A stretch of DNA of 64,000 bases from Cercozoa sp. M6MM (taxonomy: Eukaryota; Protista; Endomyxa: Ascetosporea). The stretch lies in assembly GCA_040357565.1 (NCBI GenBank), contig JBDODJ010000021.1; one strand, 5' to 3'. Position numbers and translations under genes: made by a program. Of the stretch, positions 50,938 to 63,198 are shown piece after piece; position 1 is the stretch's first letter; each line of letters starts with the position of its first letter. Under the pieces are notes generated by a model that worked only from the letters and a program-made list of their open reading frames with translations, did not search any database and was not told where the DNA came from.

Positions 50938-52323
50938 ATGGCGCAGGAGCAGATTGACAGCATTGTGAAGCAGCTGCAGGAGCTTCAGACCACTCTGGCC
51001 AACGAGGGCGTGTGTACAATTCCGCTGCATTTACCCGAGCACTCCGTCTGATATTGCGTTTCTTCAGCTGCCACGCTTCCGAACGTTGATGCTGCCTTCC
51101 GCCCGCTCGTATGCTGGTTGTTCCTCCTCCTTTTGGAAATTTAAACCAATGCCAATCATAGGTGCCGCCTGGTCACACGCCGTTCTCGTGGATGGGCGAG
51201 GTATTTCGCAATTCTCCTTCCTGTCTCGGTTTTAAAAATCCGAGCTGCACAGGGTTCGGCCGCGATTTTCGGTGCCGTTCCGGCTGCTCCGGTCACGGAA
51301 AAGAAGGTACCCATTCACATACACTGCTCAAGATGACAGAAGCATCTTTTTTCTTTGTGTTTCCTTTTTTCTTTTTGCGGTTTTTGATCTTTCATGTTTC
51401 GTGTGCAGGTGAAGAAGGAGAAGAAGCACGACAAGAAGGACAAGAAGGACAAGAAGAAGAAGGACAAGAAGGACAAGAAGCCGGTTTGTTTTGCAGATAA
51501 GTTTTGCTTGTTTCTATTGTTTGTGTTTTTGACAGAAGAAGAAGGCGGCTGCCAAGGTGGAGGTGCCGACGTTTGCTCGTTACGACTTCCGCGTCGGCCG
51601 CATCGTCGAGGTCGAGGACCACCCGGATGCCGACAAGATGTTTGTCGAAAAGATCGACTGCGGCGGTACCTTTTGACTCAGTGGAGTCAATGTGTTTTCA
51701 GTTTGACTTTTCGCGTTAGAGGCCGAGCCGCGCACGATCTGCTCTGGTCTTAAGGGCAAGGTACGTTGCCGCTGTGTGTTCCCTTTTTGTGTTCATCTCT
51801 GTACTGAATGCGCAGATTGAGAAGGAGGCCCTCCAGGGTGCCCTGTGCATTGTGTTCGCCAACGCCAAGCCGTCCAAGCTGCGCGGCATCATGAGCGCTG
51901 GCATGGTCATGTGCGCCAAGAACGACGAGTCGCTCGAACTCGTGACGCCGCCGGCTGATGCTCGTATCACTTGCTTTCTCACTTGCTTTCTCACTTGAAG
52001 TTTTCATATTCAAAGCTGTCATAGTCAAAGCTCATATTCAAAGCTTTCCGACTCTTTTTTAGCTTTCATACCGACAGCTTTTTCATATGTGTCAACTCAT
52101 GCGCACAGAGGTCGGCGAGCGCGTCAGCTTCGAGGGACTCGACTTTGCCGACTTTGAGGCCGGCGAGCAGAACCTCAAGAAGAAGAACTCGCCGTGGGCC
52201 AAGGAGATGTCGCTCTTCAAGACCAACGGCGACGCCGAGGCCACCTACGACGGCAAGCGCTTCCTCACCACTGCCGGACCCTGCAAGGTGTCGGCCTCGC
52301 TTGCCGACTGCCCGGTCGCGTAG
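50938..52323 (+). CDS. tRNA-binding OB-fold protein (Arc1p/AIMP1/EMAP II-like aminoacyl-tRNA synthetase cofactor)
   Basis: Lys-rich linker, then [79 protein letters not shown]. Confidence 0.9.
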
Positions 52324-52356
52324 ACGTCTAGACGAGACTAAGAATAAACGCTTACC

Positions 52357-52456
52357 GTTAGCGTAGTTGAGTCTTCTAGGAAACCAACTATGTAGTTCCC
52401 CTGCACCAGTCTGGGGTGGGTCACAAGAGCATGGCCGTGTCTACATGTACCGCCCG
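52357..52456. mobile_element. Short interspersed repeat, copy B, 34 bp after the Arc1-like stop
   Basis: Near-identical to 23933-24025; carries a CATGTA insertion at 52444-52449. Confidence 0.85.
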
Positions 52457-52552
52457 GAAACGAAAGGATCGAAACAAACGTCGCGCTGTAGGCGTTTTTA
52501 GAAGCACACACAGCGTTTGGAGTGTGCGTGAGGTATTAGGACGCGTGGGCGT

Positions 52553-53421
52553 ATGTCAGCAGCGCAGGTGCTGGGCAAGCGCGGCATGCCAGAAACCGCG
52601 GAAGAAAACGACAGCAGCGAGAAGCGCGTGTGTCAGCAGTCGTTGAGTGTGCCGGTATGCGACCTGCCGCAGCCGCCGAGTGCTACAGCGCGCAACTTTT
52701 CGCGTTTCGTGCGACGCACAAAGCTGCGAATCGCCGAGGAGAAAGCGAAGTGCGACGAGAACGAAGCGAATGAGCAAGGCAAATCAGAAGAGGATGCGAG
52801 CGATTGGCACATGATGTACATCGACGCGCATCTCAACGGTCTCGTTGTGGTCGGATTCGCGCCGGAACACGCGTGTCGCTCCAACGCGGCCAAACGGTGT
52901 GTCGAGGTGAGTTTCGTCATCGACGGCGTTGATCTCGGCGGTGTCGTTCCGCGTGGCAAGCGCAAAAACGGCGGCGTCGTCGTGCGTGCTGGCAAGCCAA
53001 TGTGTCGGTACTTATTCTGTCCATACCAATCTGACCTTTCTCTTCCCCACAACCCAACTGCCCTGTGACACAACCAGGGTACGATTCGCGGACGACTCGT
53101 GGCTCACGGTGCCGTCACCAGTGACGGGTGACATCTTCGAGTGCAACGCGCTGCTCAAAGAGCGGCCACAACTCGCATCGATCGAAGCTGATGACAGTAT
53201 GCTTTTGCTTTCTGTGCCGAGAGATTGTCTGACAACCGCGTCTGTTTTCCACGAGTAGGAGGTTTCCTCATGGTGCTGCGACCGCGCAATCCAAAGTGGC
53301 AAAACGACTGCCAAGCTCGACCTCTTGCTCGGTGAGTCTGTGTGCGTCTGGGAGTCTTGAGCTTCGACGCATCCAACTCGCCATCTCAAGTTACGCCGAG
53401 CCGAGCTACGCTATTAATTAA
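52553..53421 (+). CDS. Abitram/FAM206A (Simiate)-like protein with a glycine-cleavage-H-like hybrid fold
   Basis: AHLNGLVVVGFAPEH, PRGKRKNGG...GKPMC, VPSPVTGDIFECNALLKERPQL, GFLMVLRP; 3' end ambiguous (stop near 53334, or 53421 with one more intron). Confidence 0.7.
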
Positions 53422-53476
53422 TCAACGAGTGCATTTCTGACGAATCTAAACGGAAATCTAATGCGGAATCTGCGAA

Positions 53477-54703
53477 TCAAATATCCAAGTCCAAGTCCAA
53501 GTCGTCCGGATCGTCCACGCCAAGAGTGGCGAGATTTGAGCCAATGCTCACGTTGTCGACGCCGAGACGATGCTTCGATCTGCTATGTTCATTCTTGCTT
53601 TTGCTACCGCCGCTGGTCTTGCGTCGTTTGGAAGCAGGTCCGGATTGCTTGGAACCTGGTCGCTTCTCTTTGCTCTGTGTTTCAGAAAAGTAAAAAGCAC
53701 GCGTATTTGAGACAGAAAAGAACGGTACCGCGGACATATCTTGGAAAAGGTCATCGTCAAAGTCCAAGGAAGCGAAAAGCGAGCCCGTGCTGGACTGGGT
53801 GGCTCCAAGCGACTCAAGCGCGGCCTGTTCTCCGGCACTTTCGAGTTCGCGCTGCTTGCGCAGAATGTCGTGGTCCTCTTGACACTTGCCGCAGCGCAGA
53901 AACATCTCCTTGCTTTAAAAAAACATCCTAACTTCAAATGCTAACAAAAGTCATTTAAAAGTACCCGTTGCCGTTGTGATCGCCTCCGCTTGCACATCTG
54001 TTTCCAATTGTTTTCATAGCTTTCACATCTCGACAAAAGCACTCCTACTTTCCAACGCCGAGACACGGTATTGGCGGGTCTGGAGGATGTCGATAATAGC
54101 GTCCGGCCTTGCTGTGACACTTGTCGCAGAACTAAATGGAAAAACAACAACTTCTTTAACATTGTGCAACGAGACAGCATGAAACGTACGTGATGCGTGC
54201 CCCAGCAGAACCACACTGCAAACAAAAACAATTGATCAGTCCAGCATTGCAGGAAATGTAAGAAGCTACCAGCATGATTGCAGCAGAAGCGACACTTGTA
54301 CAAATGAAAGTCGGCATGATCTTCGTTTTGGCATGCGCCTGCTCACAATTTCTGCATCTGCGAACGCTAAAGAAACCAGGTATCTTCGCACCAGGCAACC
54401 GCAGGTCAGAACAACTGAAGCACACGAATTCCTCCGGGTCTCGTTTCCTGCAGTCACAAAAAACACGGTAGCAACAAAAAAGGACAACATGTGTCAACGT
54501 AAACGTAAACGCACTCATCAGTGGCGTTGATTTCGGCTGCACAATCGCGACGACCGCCAAAAAACGGTTTCTCGCATTTGCTGTTGTCGTTGCAATCAAT
54601 CAAACGTTAAACTAAGCAGTCCCCCAAAAAACTCAACAAAAGCGAACGGTACTAGCACTTGTAGAACGCCAGCGAGTGCAACTGTGCAAAGAAAAAAAGG
54701 TGT

Positions 54704-54744
<41 letters not shown>

Positions 54745-56376
54745 GCACACACACACACACACACACAAACACAATTTCCGTACAGCGTAATCGAGCGGTC
54801 TGTCGTAGAAGTGCTCGCCTTTGTCAGTCAATACAGGGTCGTTGTGCATGCCTTCCGACTCGAGACGAGCCAGCGCTTTGTGTCTCACCTACCGGAGTAT
54901 CTTTATACTGCTGCCTTTTCATAAGAAAAGCAAGTTTACCAACTCAAACAATCTAGTCGGCTCCTCCAAAACGTCATCAAGTGCGACATGACGCAACGGC
55001 AGCGCTTGGCAGGCAGGGCATCGCAGGTGACTGACCTACTTGCAAACACACATGAATGAACCAAAGTGGGCATTGGTGAATTGCCTTACCAGGATTCGTC
55101 CGTCGGGCGAAGTGGCATCGACTGTCACTTTCGCGCGAATGCAGTGCTCATGGAAGACGCACCCGCACTCCAGTTCCACACATGGGGCGTTTCTCAGTCC
55201 CTGTCACACATGACTGCAAACTGCCCAAATAAAGGAGAACAAAAACATACCTCACACATGCAAATCTTGCAATAGTCGTTGCCGTCAACACTACCTTTGT
55301 CGCAGTGCAGGCACTGCATGCAGAACATCTCATTTCGCAATCCTGCAAAACAGAAGATAATCAATCCAAATTAAAGAGAAAAGACACCAAACTCACCAGA
55401 ACAGGGGCATCCGCATTTTAATCTCTTGTCGCATGAACGGTCTCTACTCAAATGACACATTGTTTTGGTCAAATATTAAACGATATGAATGTATACCGTT
55501 TCTCCAAACATTCCTCGTCGGTGCAGCACTCGTCCAGAAAATGTGCAGTTCCATCCGACCGGTAGGGCGGGGCTACAGCGAAACAGAACCTGTTAAAGCG
55601 TATTCGAACTGCATTAACCTTACCTGGGTTGTTAAGTGGTATTTCGCAAAAACGGCAACTGCCACGGTCTTTTTCGCCACATTCTCTGCCCCGATGATAC
55701 TAAAAACAGAATTTATTTTACAAAAAACACTCAAAATAATGAAGCACAGTTGCAACTTCATTCACACAGACACACATCTCGCTTTATGGTACGGGTGATT
55801 CGTTGCATTTGACGCAAAAGTCAACGCCGCATTCAGGCTTTCGACACCGTAATCTGTAGCGACAAAAGTGCTTCCACGCGGAAGGTGACATCGGATCGCG
55901 ACCAGTCTGAAAAACAAGCAAATGCCTGATAAGACGAATCTGAGTAAAATTTGTGTACCTGCAAGGGAACACGCGAGGAAACGACGTGCACGTAGGGTTG
56001 CTCGCATTTTGGACACTGTGAATGAAATCGTAGCTGTTGATTCAGTTCAATCAGTTCAGGTTTAAAACAGATTTACCGCAACGACGAGTTCTTCCGTATT
56101 TGTTTCCTCTTCCTCTTCTTTGAAAAAACAAACTTGCGCAAACAAAAATGGTGCAAATTGACGGAAAGTACGGAACTGGACCTCGCTGTTGGGGGAAGTA
56201 CTGGTATCGTCAGTCAAGTCAAAAACTTCGTCGTTGATCACTGCGAAACATGCTGTATCCCCCTGTCAATCAGTATACGCTAATTTACCCGTTGGTTTGG
56301 GACGCGCAGTGTTACAGACCGCGCATGCGTCGCCATCTGCGTTGTTATAAGTGCAAGCTAAGCAAGCCCAGACCAT
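53477..56376 (-). CDS. Compact MYCBP2/Highwire-type RING-Cys-relay E3 ubiquitin ligase with an N-terminal RanBP2/NZF zinc finger
   Basis: MVWACLACTYNNADGDACAVC; GLRNEMFCMQCLHCD..DGNDYCKIC; APCVELECGCVFHEHC; KALARLESEG..FYDRPLDYA; FYKCYKCEKPFFGGRRDC; DPEEFVCFSC; YKCRFCC; WFCWGTHHFCDKCH; EMFLRCGKC. Confidence 0.85.
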
Positions 56377-56755
56377 GTTTTCGGTGTTCGACGCGTCGAT
56401 TAATTATTGGCGAAATCGAAACTGGACCGCGTTCAGACGGAAAGATCAAGGCGCCAGTCGCGCCTAGACTGAATCACGCGCCACGTGCGCACACCGCTGC
56501 CGCCGAAGAACGCTAATTGGTTTCACGAAACATGTGGCTACGGCTTTGATCATTCGTAGCCGGCGCTGGGCGACGGGTGCTCAATCGCGCGAACAAGGGG
56601 TCTCAGCCGTGTGCTTCTGTTGCCTGCTTTGTGCCCTTCCTGCACGAGGTAGAAATTAGAGGGCAATTCTCTTTTCCTTGTGTTTGTTGCGTTCCTTGAA
56701 AAACGGCGAATCAGCCGACGACCCGTATGTGTCATGCTTGCTGTGTGCTCTGCAG

Positions 56756-58689
56756 ATGCTGCGTTCCTCCCGCGCTGTGCGGCGCATGCACTCGACGCTG
56801 GCCACGCGTACTTAGCCCGTTAGCTGTGTTGTTTGATGTATCGTGGGGCGTTTCCGATCATGCTTTGGTCACAGCGTTCGTGGACCGTCATTGCGGTGAG
56901 GTGGTACCGAACTGCCTCTATTTCTGGAGTGGAGTATGCCTCTAATGGACCCGTGTGTGCTGTAGAGCGGCAGCAAGAACGTGCGCGAGATGCTTCACGT
57001 CATTGGCGTCGATTCTGTCGTAGTTTTTCTCTCCAGTTTTTTTGCCATTGTTTTTTAAAATTAGGGTCTGGCCGCTCTTGCAGGGCGAGTTGATGCAGCA
57101 GACCATGCCAGACGGTATTCGGTACGACATGGACGGCACAGAGGTACAGTGAACTGGTCCATTTGTACAGAACTAACGCAAATGTTTGTTGTGTTCTTGT
57201 AGGAGTCGGAGAAGCTTGCTGTGGCTCGTTTGTCGGCTCTCCCGGAGGCGGTAGGTTTCTGTTTACTTCCTTACTTTCGTCACCCCTCCTTTAACCCACC
57301 TTTGCACCCCTAATATGTTTTGCATCCCTTACTATTTTTACACCCTCGCTTTCAGGCAACGGAAGAGGAGGCGCTGGAGGAGATGAAGAACATGATGGCA
57401 CAGAACGACACGACGACCAAGTCGCTGCTGGGTCAGGTATGCTGGTGGGGGGTTAAGGGGTATGATGGGTAGGGGGGTATGATGGGTAAGGGGTATGATG
57501 GGTAAGGGGGTATAAATGCGAGGAACTCTACAGGGCTACTACGGCACGCACACGCCCGCCGTGATCCGCCGCTGCATGATTGAAGGTAGCCAGTCTGCTT
57601 GGTCCATTTGGACTGCTTTTTGCCTGTTTAAGTCTGCGTTGTTGTTGTAGCCGCCGGTTGGTACACGCCGTACACGCCCTACCAGGCCGAAGTCGCTCAG
57701 GGCCGTCTCGAGATGCTGCTCAACTTCCAGCAGATGGTACACAAATACGCACCCTTAGTAGAACACTTGATTGATACGAATCCGTACAAATGGACCCGTA
57801 CAAATGGACCCGTACAAATGGACTGTACCGGTGGACAGGTTATTGATCTCACGGGAACTGCCGTTTCGAACTGCTCGCTGCTGGACGAAGCCACCGCTGC
57901 TGCTGAGGTAGTTTACCCCCTTCCCCACCATGTCCCCTCTCAACCCCTCACAATGACCGAAATAGGCCATGGCGATGTGTTTCAACGTCGCTGGCGGCGG
58001 CAAGCCCAAGAAGAACGCCATGTGCGCTTTTCGCTCTCTTCAGATTGTCTTTCGACTTTTTGTTTTTGCTTACAGGGGCGAAAAGGTGCCCAAGGACGTC
58101 TTTGTGGTGTCTAATGACGTTTTCGAGCAAACCAAGGACGTTCTGCGTACGCGTGCTGGCCCGTTTGGGTACCGGCAACTGTGTTCACTCGTGGAATTGT
58201 CATTTATATTTTTGTGGTTTGCAGCATCAAGTTGGTGTTTGTGCCGGATGAGGAGCTGCTCCAGCAGGTGCCCACTCGTTTAAACACGCAGAAAATGAGG
58301 TGAAAATGCAGTGAAATTGTGTAGGTGCAAGAGTTCGGTGCCGAGGGTCGTTTGTGCGGTGTGTTGGTCCAGTCGCCCGGTCAGTACGGCAGTGTACCGC
58401 TTCCTTAATCGAGTCAGACTGTCTGCATGTGTTAGATGGACTACTTACGAGTGTAATGTTTGTAGGTGTGCGATTACTCTGCCGTGGCACACGAGGCGCA
58501 TCAGCACAAGGCGCTCACGGTGGCCTCGACCGATCTGCTGGCTCAGGTACTTGCTGGTCACATGTGTAGGGTCCAAATGGACCCTTGCGTTGGTATGACT
58601 CTGCGTTTCTTAGGTGCTGACCAAGCCGGTCGGCGAATACGCCGACATTGTCGTTGGCAGGTGTGTTTCTTCCTTTACCCTCCAACCCC

Positions 58690-58724
<35 letters not shown>

Positions 58725-60235
58725 CTTTACCCCCTGTTCACCCCCCGTTTACCCCCTGTTTACCCCCTGTTTACCCCCCCCCCCCTCCCCCGTAGTGCGC
58801 AGCGCTTCGGCGTGCCGATGGGCGCGGGTGGACCGCACGCGGGCTTCCTGGCCGTGACGGATGAGAAGATGCTGCGTCGCATGCCGGGTCGCATCATTGG
58901 TGTCTCCAAGGTGCGTCCTCCACTTAGTCCACATAGACAGTCAATATGGACGGTTTTAATGGAGTCTACTAGGACGGTCCAGATTTGTGGTACGTGTGTA
59001 CTGCGTGTATGGACAGGACCGACGCGGCGAACAGGCGCTGCGAATGACGCTGCAGACGCGCGAGCAGCACATCCGTCGTGTAGCCACCCTTTTCTGTTAA
59101 GGGTTTCTGTTAAGGGGGTCGTCCTGGGGTCAGCTGGACGCTGTATCGTCCATTTGTACCGTATGTGTAGGACAAGGCCAGCAGTAACATCTGCACGGCG
59201 CAGGCTCTTCTGGTACACTGCTTTTTTAAACCTGGGGGGGGGGGTAAAAGGGTATGTTAATCAGGCCAATGTGTCGGCCGCCTACGCCGTCTACCACGGT
59301 CGTGAGGTACATCGCAGCCTTAACCAACCCTACGCGGCCTTAATTAACACTGTACCTACGTGGACAGGGTCTGACGCAAATTGCCTCGCGTGTGCACCAG
59401 CAGGTACATTTAGCCTCCACGTCCATTTACTTATTTAACCCCCCCCCCCCCCCCCCTACAGGCGACTGAGGTGCTGCAACACTGCGCGCGCGTTGGTCTC
59501 GTCGTGGACACCTGTAGCATGTCCCTTAGCTAGGATGTACCGGTCTGAACTGTACATATGGACCGTACGTGCAGGCGATGTGTTCGACACGGTGCATGTG
59601 CACTGCGACTCGGCGGCTGCCGTGCAGGCCTTCTTGGATCGTGGTAAGTGTTGTACCCCCCTTTACCCCTAACCTTTTACTCTTTCCTCAGGCTTCTACG
59701 TGCGTGGCACGGAGCGCGGCGTAGCACTCTCGTTCGATGAGACCGTGACGGCTGAGGTATCGCTTGTTGCTGCCTTAACGATGCGCCGCGCCTTTAACTA
59801 ACTGATGTAGGACGTGGCTACGATCAAGTCGGTCCTGGAGACGCTGGGCTCGGTACGATTGGACATTTGAATTGTCTAAAATGGACTGTGCTTCTGCAGG
59901 GCGAGCCGACTTCGCAAGTGGCCGGCGCACTCAGCGCCGATCTGCGCCGCACCACTGACTTCCTGTACCTACTGGCTATTGAGTCCATTTGTACTGACTA
60001 TTGGGTCCATTATTACCGGAGACTGGCTTTATTTGTACCGACTCTGTCTGTACAGGACGCACCCGGTGTTCAAGCAGCACCGATCGGAGACGCGCATGAT
60101 GCGCTACCTCCGCTCGCTTGAGGACAAGTGCGTTTNNNNNNNNNNNNNNNNNNNNNNNNNNNNNNNNNNNNNNNNNNNNNNNNNNNNNNNNNNNNNNNNN
60201 NNNNNNNNNNNNNNNNNNNNNNNNNNNNNNNNNNN

Positions 60236-60279
<44 letters not shown>

Positions 60280-62928
60280 CTTGCCCCTACCCCCTTACCT
60301 CATGTTTCTTGGGCAGAGACCTCGGTCTGGACCGCGCCATGATCCCGCTCGGCAGCTGCACCATGAAGCTCAACGCTGCTGCGTAAAAGCACCCTTAATG
60401 AAACACCATTTGTACACAGTGTGTTTCGTATATTTGCACATGATTTGTACCGACCATTTGTACACAGTGAGATGACGCCGCTCACCTGGGAAAGTGTCGG
60501 CAAGGTGCACCCGTTCGTTCCGCCTGAAGCTCGCAAGGGTCCCCTGCCTGTTTGAGCCAAACAAATATTGTCAAAATGGACGGTACATATGCACAGGCTA
60601 CGCTCAGATGTGCGAACAAGTCGAAGAGTGGCTCGCTGCGATCACTGGTTTGTTTCGACTCAAAAAACAACTCACATCGCTTTTTCACTTTCGGAAAATG
60701 CAGGTTTCGATGCCGTGTCGCTTCAGCCGAACTCTGGTGCTAACGGCGAGTACACGGGTAGTTTTGTTTCAATTCATCTAGAAAAACGCTGCTACTTTGT
60801 TTGGCAGGCATGATGGTGATCAAGGACTTCTTGCGCAAGCGCGATGGCAACGACAAGCGGTTTCAAACAGCTTTCAGAGTTTCTTGAGTTGCAATTGAGC
60901 TGTATCTGTTCTGGCGATCTGTAGCAACGTGTGCCTGATCCCGACGTCTGCACACGGCACCAACCCGGCCTCTGCTGTGCGAAATACTTTTTGTTTTTGC
61001 TCGAAAAGTTAATTTGCTCGAAATTGGACTCGATCGGACAAGTTTGTTTGCAGGTCATGGCTGGTCTCAAGATCGTTCCGGTAGACTCAATTGTGTCGAT
61101 TTGAGGTGTCAGACGTCTGTTTGTGTCTGCAGGTGAACTGCAAGCCCGATAACGGCGACATTTGCGTCGATCATTTGCGCAAGCAGGTTTGTTTGCTTTT
61201 TTGCGTTTTTTCGCTATTTGTGTGTGTTTTGTGTGTAATTTCGCGTGTTTGAGCAGTTGGAGAAGTACAGCGACGATGTTGCGGCTATCATGCTGACTTA
61301 CCCGTCCACTCATGGTACGCAGGGGTAGCACATGTTTGCTTGATGGTCTCGAGGCAAGAGTGTTGCAGGTGTGTTCGAGGAGACGGTGCGCGAGGTGTGC
61401 GACTTGGTGCATCAGCACGGCGGCCAAGTCTACATGGACGGCGCCAACATGAACGCACAGGTCGGTATGACTTCGCCTGGTGAGATTGGCGCCGACGTGT
61501 GCCACCTGAATCTGCACAAGACATTTGCGATTCCGCATGGCGGTACTTTCGATGTTACAGTGTCATTTATGCCGGTTTAATGTTGCTGTTGTTCAGGTGG
61601 TGGTCCCGGCATGGGTCCGATCGGTGTGGCCAAGCACCTGGCGCCGCACCTGCCGTCGCACGTGGTGGCCGCGCCGCCCAGTGCCACCGAGACCTCCATC
61701 ACAGCCGTGTCTGCTGCGCCGTTTGGCAGGTACTTGTGTGTGTTAGTACTGGACCGTACATATGGACTATACATATGAACTGTGCAAGGTAAACGGTGCA
61801 TCTGTACGGTACAAATGAATGTGTTGTAGTGCCTCGATCCTCACGATTCCGTGGATGTACATGCGTATGCTGGGTGCTGCCGGTCTGCGTCACGCCACTC
61901 GTCAGGTAGACTGTGAGTGTGAACGATAGAAGTGTGTGTTGAGCGTATCATTGTGTAGGCCATTGTGAACGCGAACTACATGGCGGCTCGTCTGTCGGGT
62001 GCCTACGAGATCGCCTTCACCAACGCGAACGGTCGTTCCGCGCAGTACATCGACCTGCTTTGTCTTTGGGAGAAAGTCTATATGTGATGTGTGTGCAGCG
62101 AGTTCATCATCGATCTGCGGCCGTTCAAGGCGACGACTGGCATCGTCGAGGAGGATGTGGCCAAGCGACTTATCGACTTTGGCTTCCATGCGCCTACCAT
62201 GTCGGTACCCACTTGCTCTCTTTGCTGTCTCTATGCGCATGGGAGCGTATGGGAACACTGTGTCCTTGTAGTGGCCGGTGCCGGGCACGCTTATGGTGGA
62301 ACCCACCGAGTCCGAGTCGCGCGATGAGCGTAGCTGCATCTCTTTTCTTGCTTTTGTTTTTCCTTTTCATACCTGTGTTTGTCCAGTCGACCGATTCTGC
62401 GACGCCATGCTGCAGATCCGAGCCGAGATTGCCGCCATCGAGAACGGTATCCCCCCTCCCCCGGGTACTAATTGTACTCACACGCGCACACACCACAGGC
62501 GAGATGGACCGCGAGCGCAACCCGCTGAAGCGTGCTCCGCACACGATTGCCGATCTGGTCGAACCGTGGGACGAAGAGGCCGTAATATCCTTGTGTTTCT
62601 CCGCGTTGAGTGTGTGCACATCTGCAATCTGATGACTTGGATTGTGCAGATCGGCTACACGCGCGAGCAAGCAGTCTGGCCGGTCCCAGCGCTCAAGCAC
62701 AAGGTGCGACGAATTCTATCAGACTCGCCTGATGTCCACACATGTGCAACTGTGTTGTGCCTTTTGACAGAAGCCGCTGTGGCCGTCGGTGTCGCGTATC
62801 GACAACGTGCACGGTACCCTTTGCAAACTGCACTCTGCGCTCGCCTGTGTATATGTGTGTCTTTTGGCGATTTAGGTGATCGCAACCTGGCCTGCGCGTG
62901 CCCGCCGATGAGCGACTTCACCGAGTAG
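56756..62928 (+). CDS. GLDC: Glycine decarboxylase (glycine cleavage system P protein), mitochondrial; about 45 coding introns
   Basis: Fully reconstructed in frame: [116 protein letters not shown] (PLP lysine), [22 protein letters not shown]; TAG at 62926-62928. Confidence 0.98.
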
Positions 62929-63198
62929 ATGGAACAAGTCAGTAACCACTCCACAGGACCCACTTCACTGGCGGGTGGTAGACATAGCCACGCGCTTCAG
63001 TTAGTTATCGCGCACCGCACCTGGCTGTGGCTGCAGAGCGAAGAACGTAAATAGGCGATGGTTTGGATGTTGCCAAAACGATCGATCAATGCGATCAGAC
63101 ATTCGGCTGACACAAACTCGTTACACCACCCCGCACTATTGCACAGCGCAAATTTTCTGCTGCTGTTGTTTACAGTAACACAAAACAGATACATTAAG

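Noticed and set aside
11247-52323. Functional clustering of ribosome/translation genes (UTP10, rps12, CCT5, RRN7-like, Arc1-like)
   Set aside because: Interspersed with unrelated genes on both strands; expected by chance in a gene-dense genome.
27317-62928. Alternative genetic code or non-canonical (GC-AG, AT-AC/U12) introns
   Set aside because: CCT5 and GLDC reconstruct fully with GT-AG introns and no in-frame stops; TAA, TAG and TGA all terminate genes. An apparent GC donor near 49070 is explained by a GT donor 4 nt later.
52553-62928. Glycine-cleavage gene cluster (H-like protein near the P-protein)
   Set aside because: The H-fold protein is Abitram-like and lacks the lipoyl-lysine motif (VRFADDSW where H proteins have VESVKAAS); an unrelated gene lies between them, so proximity is probably chance.
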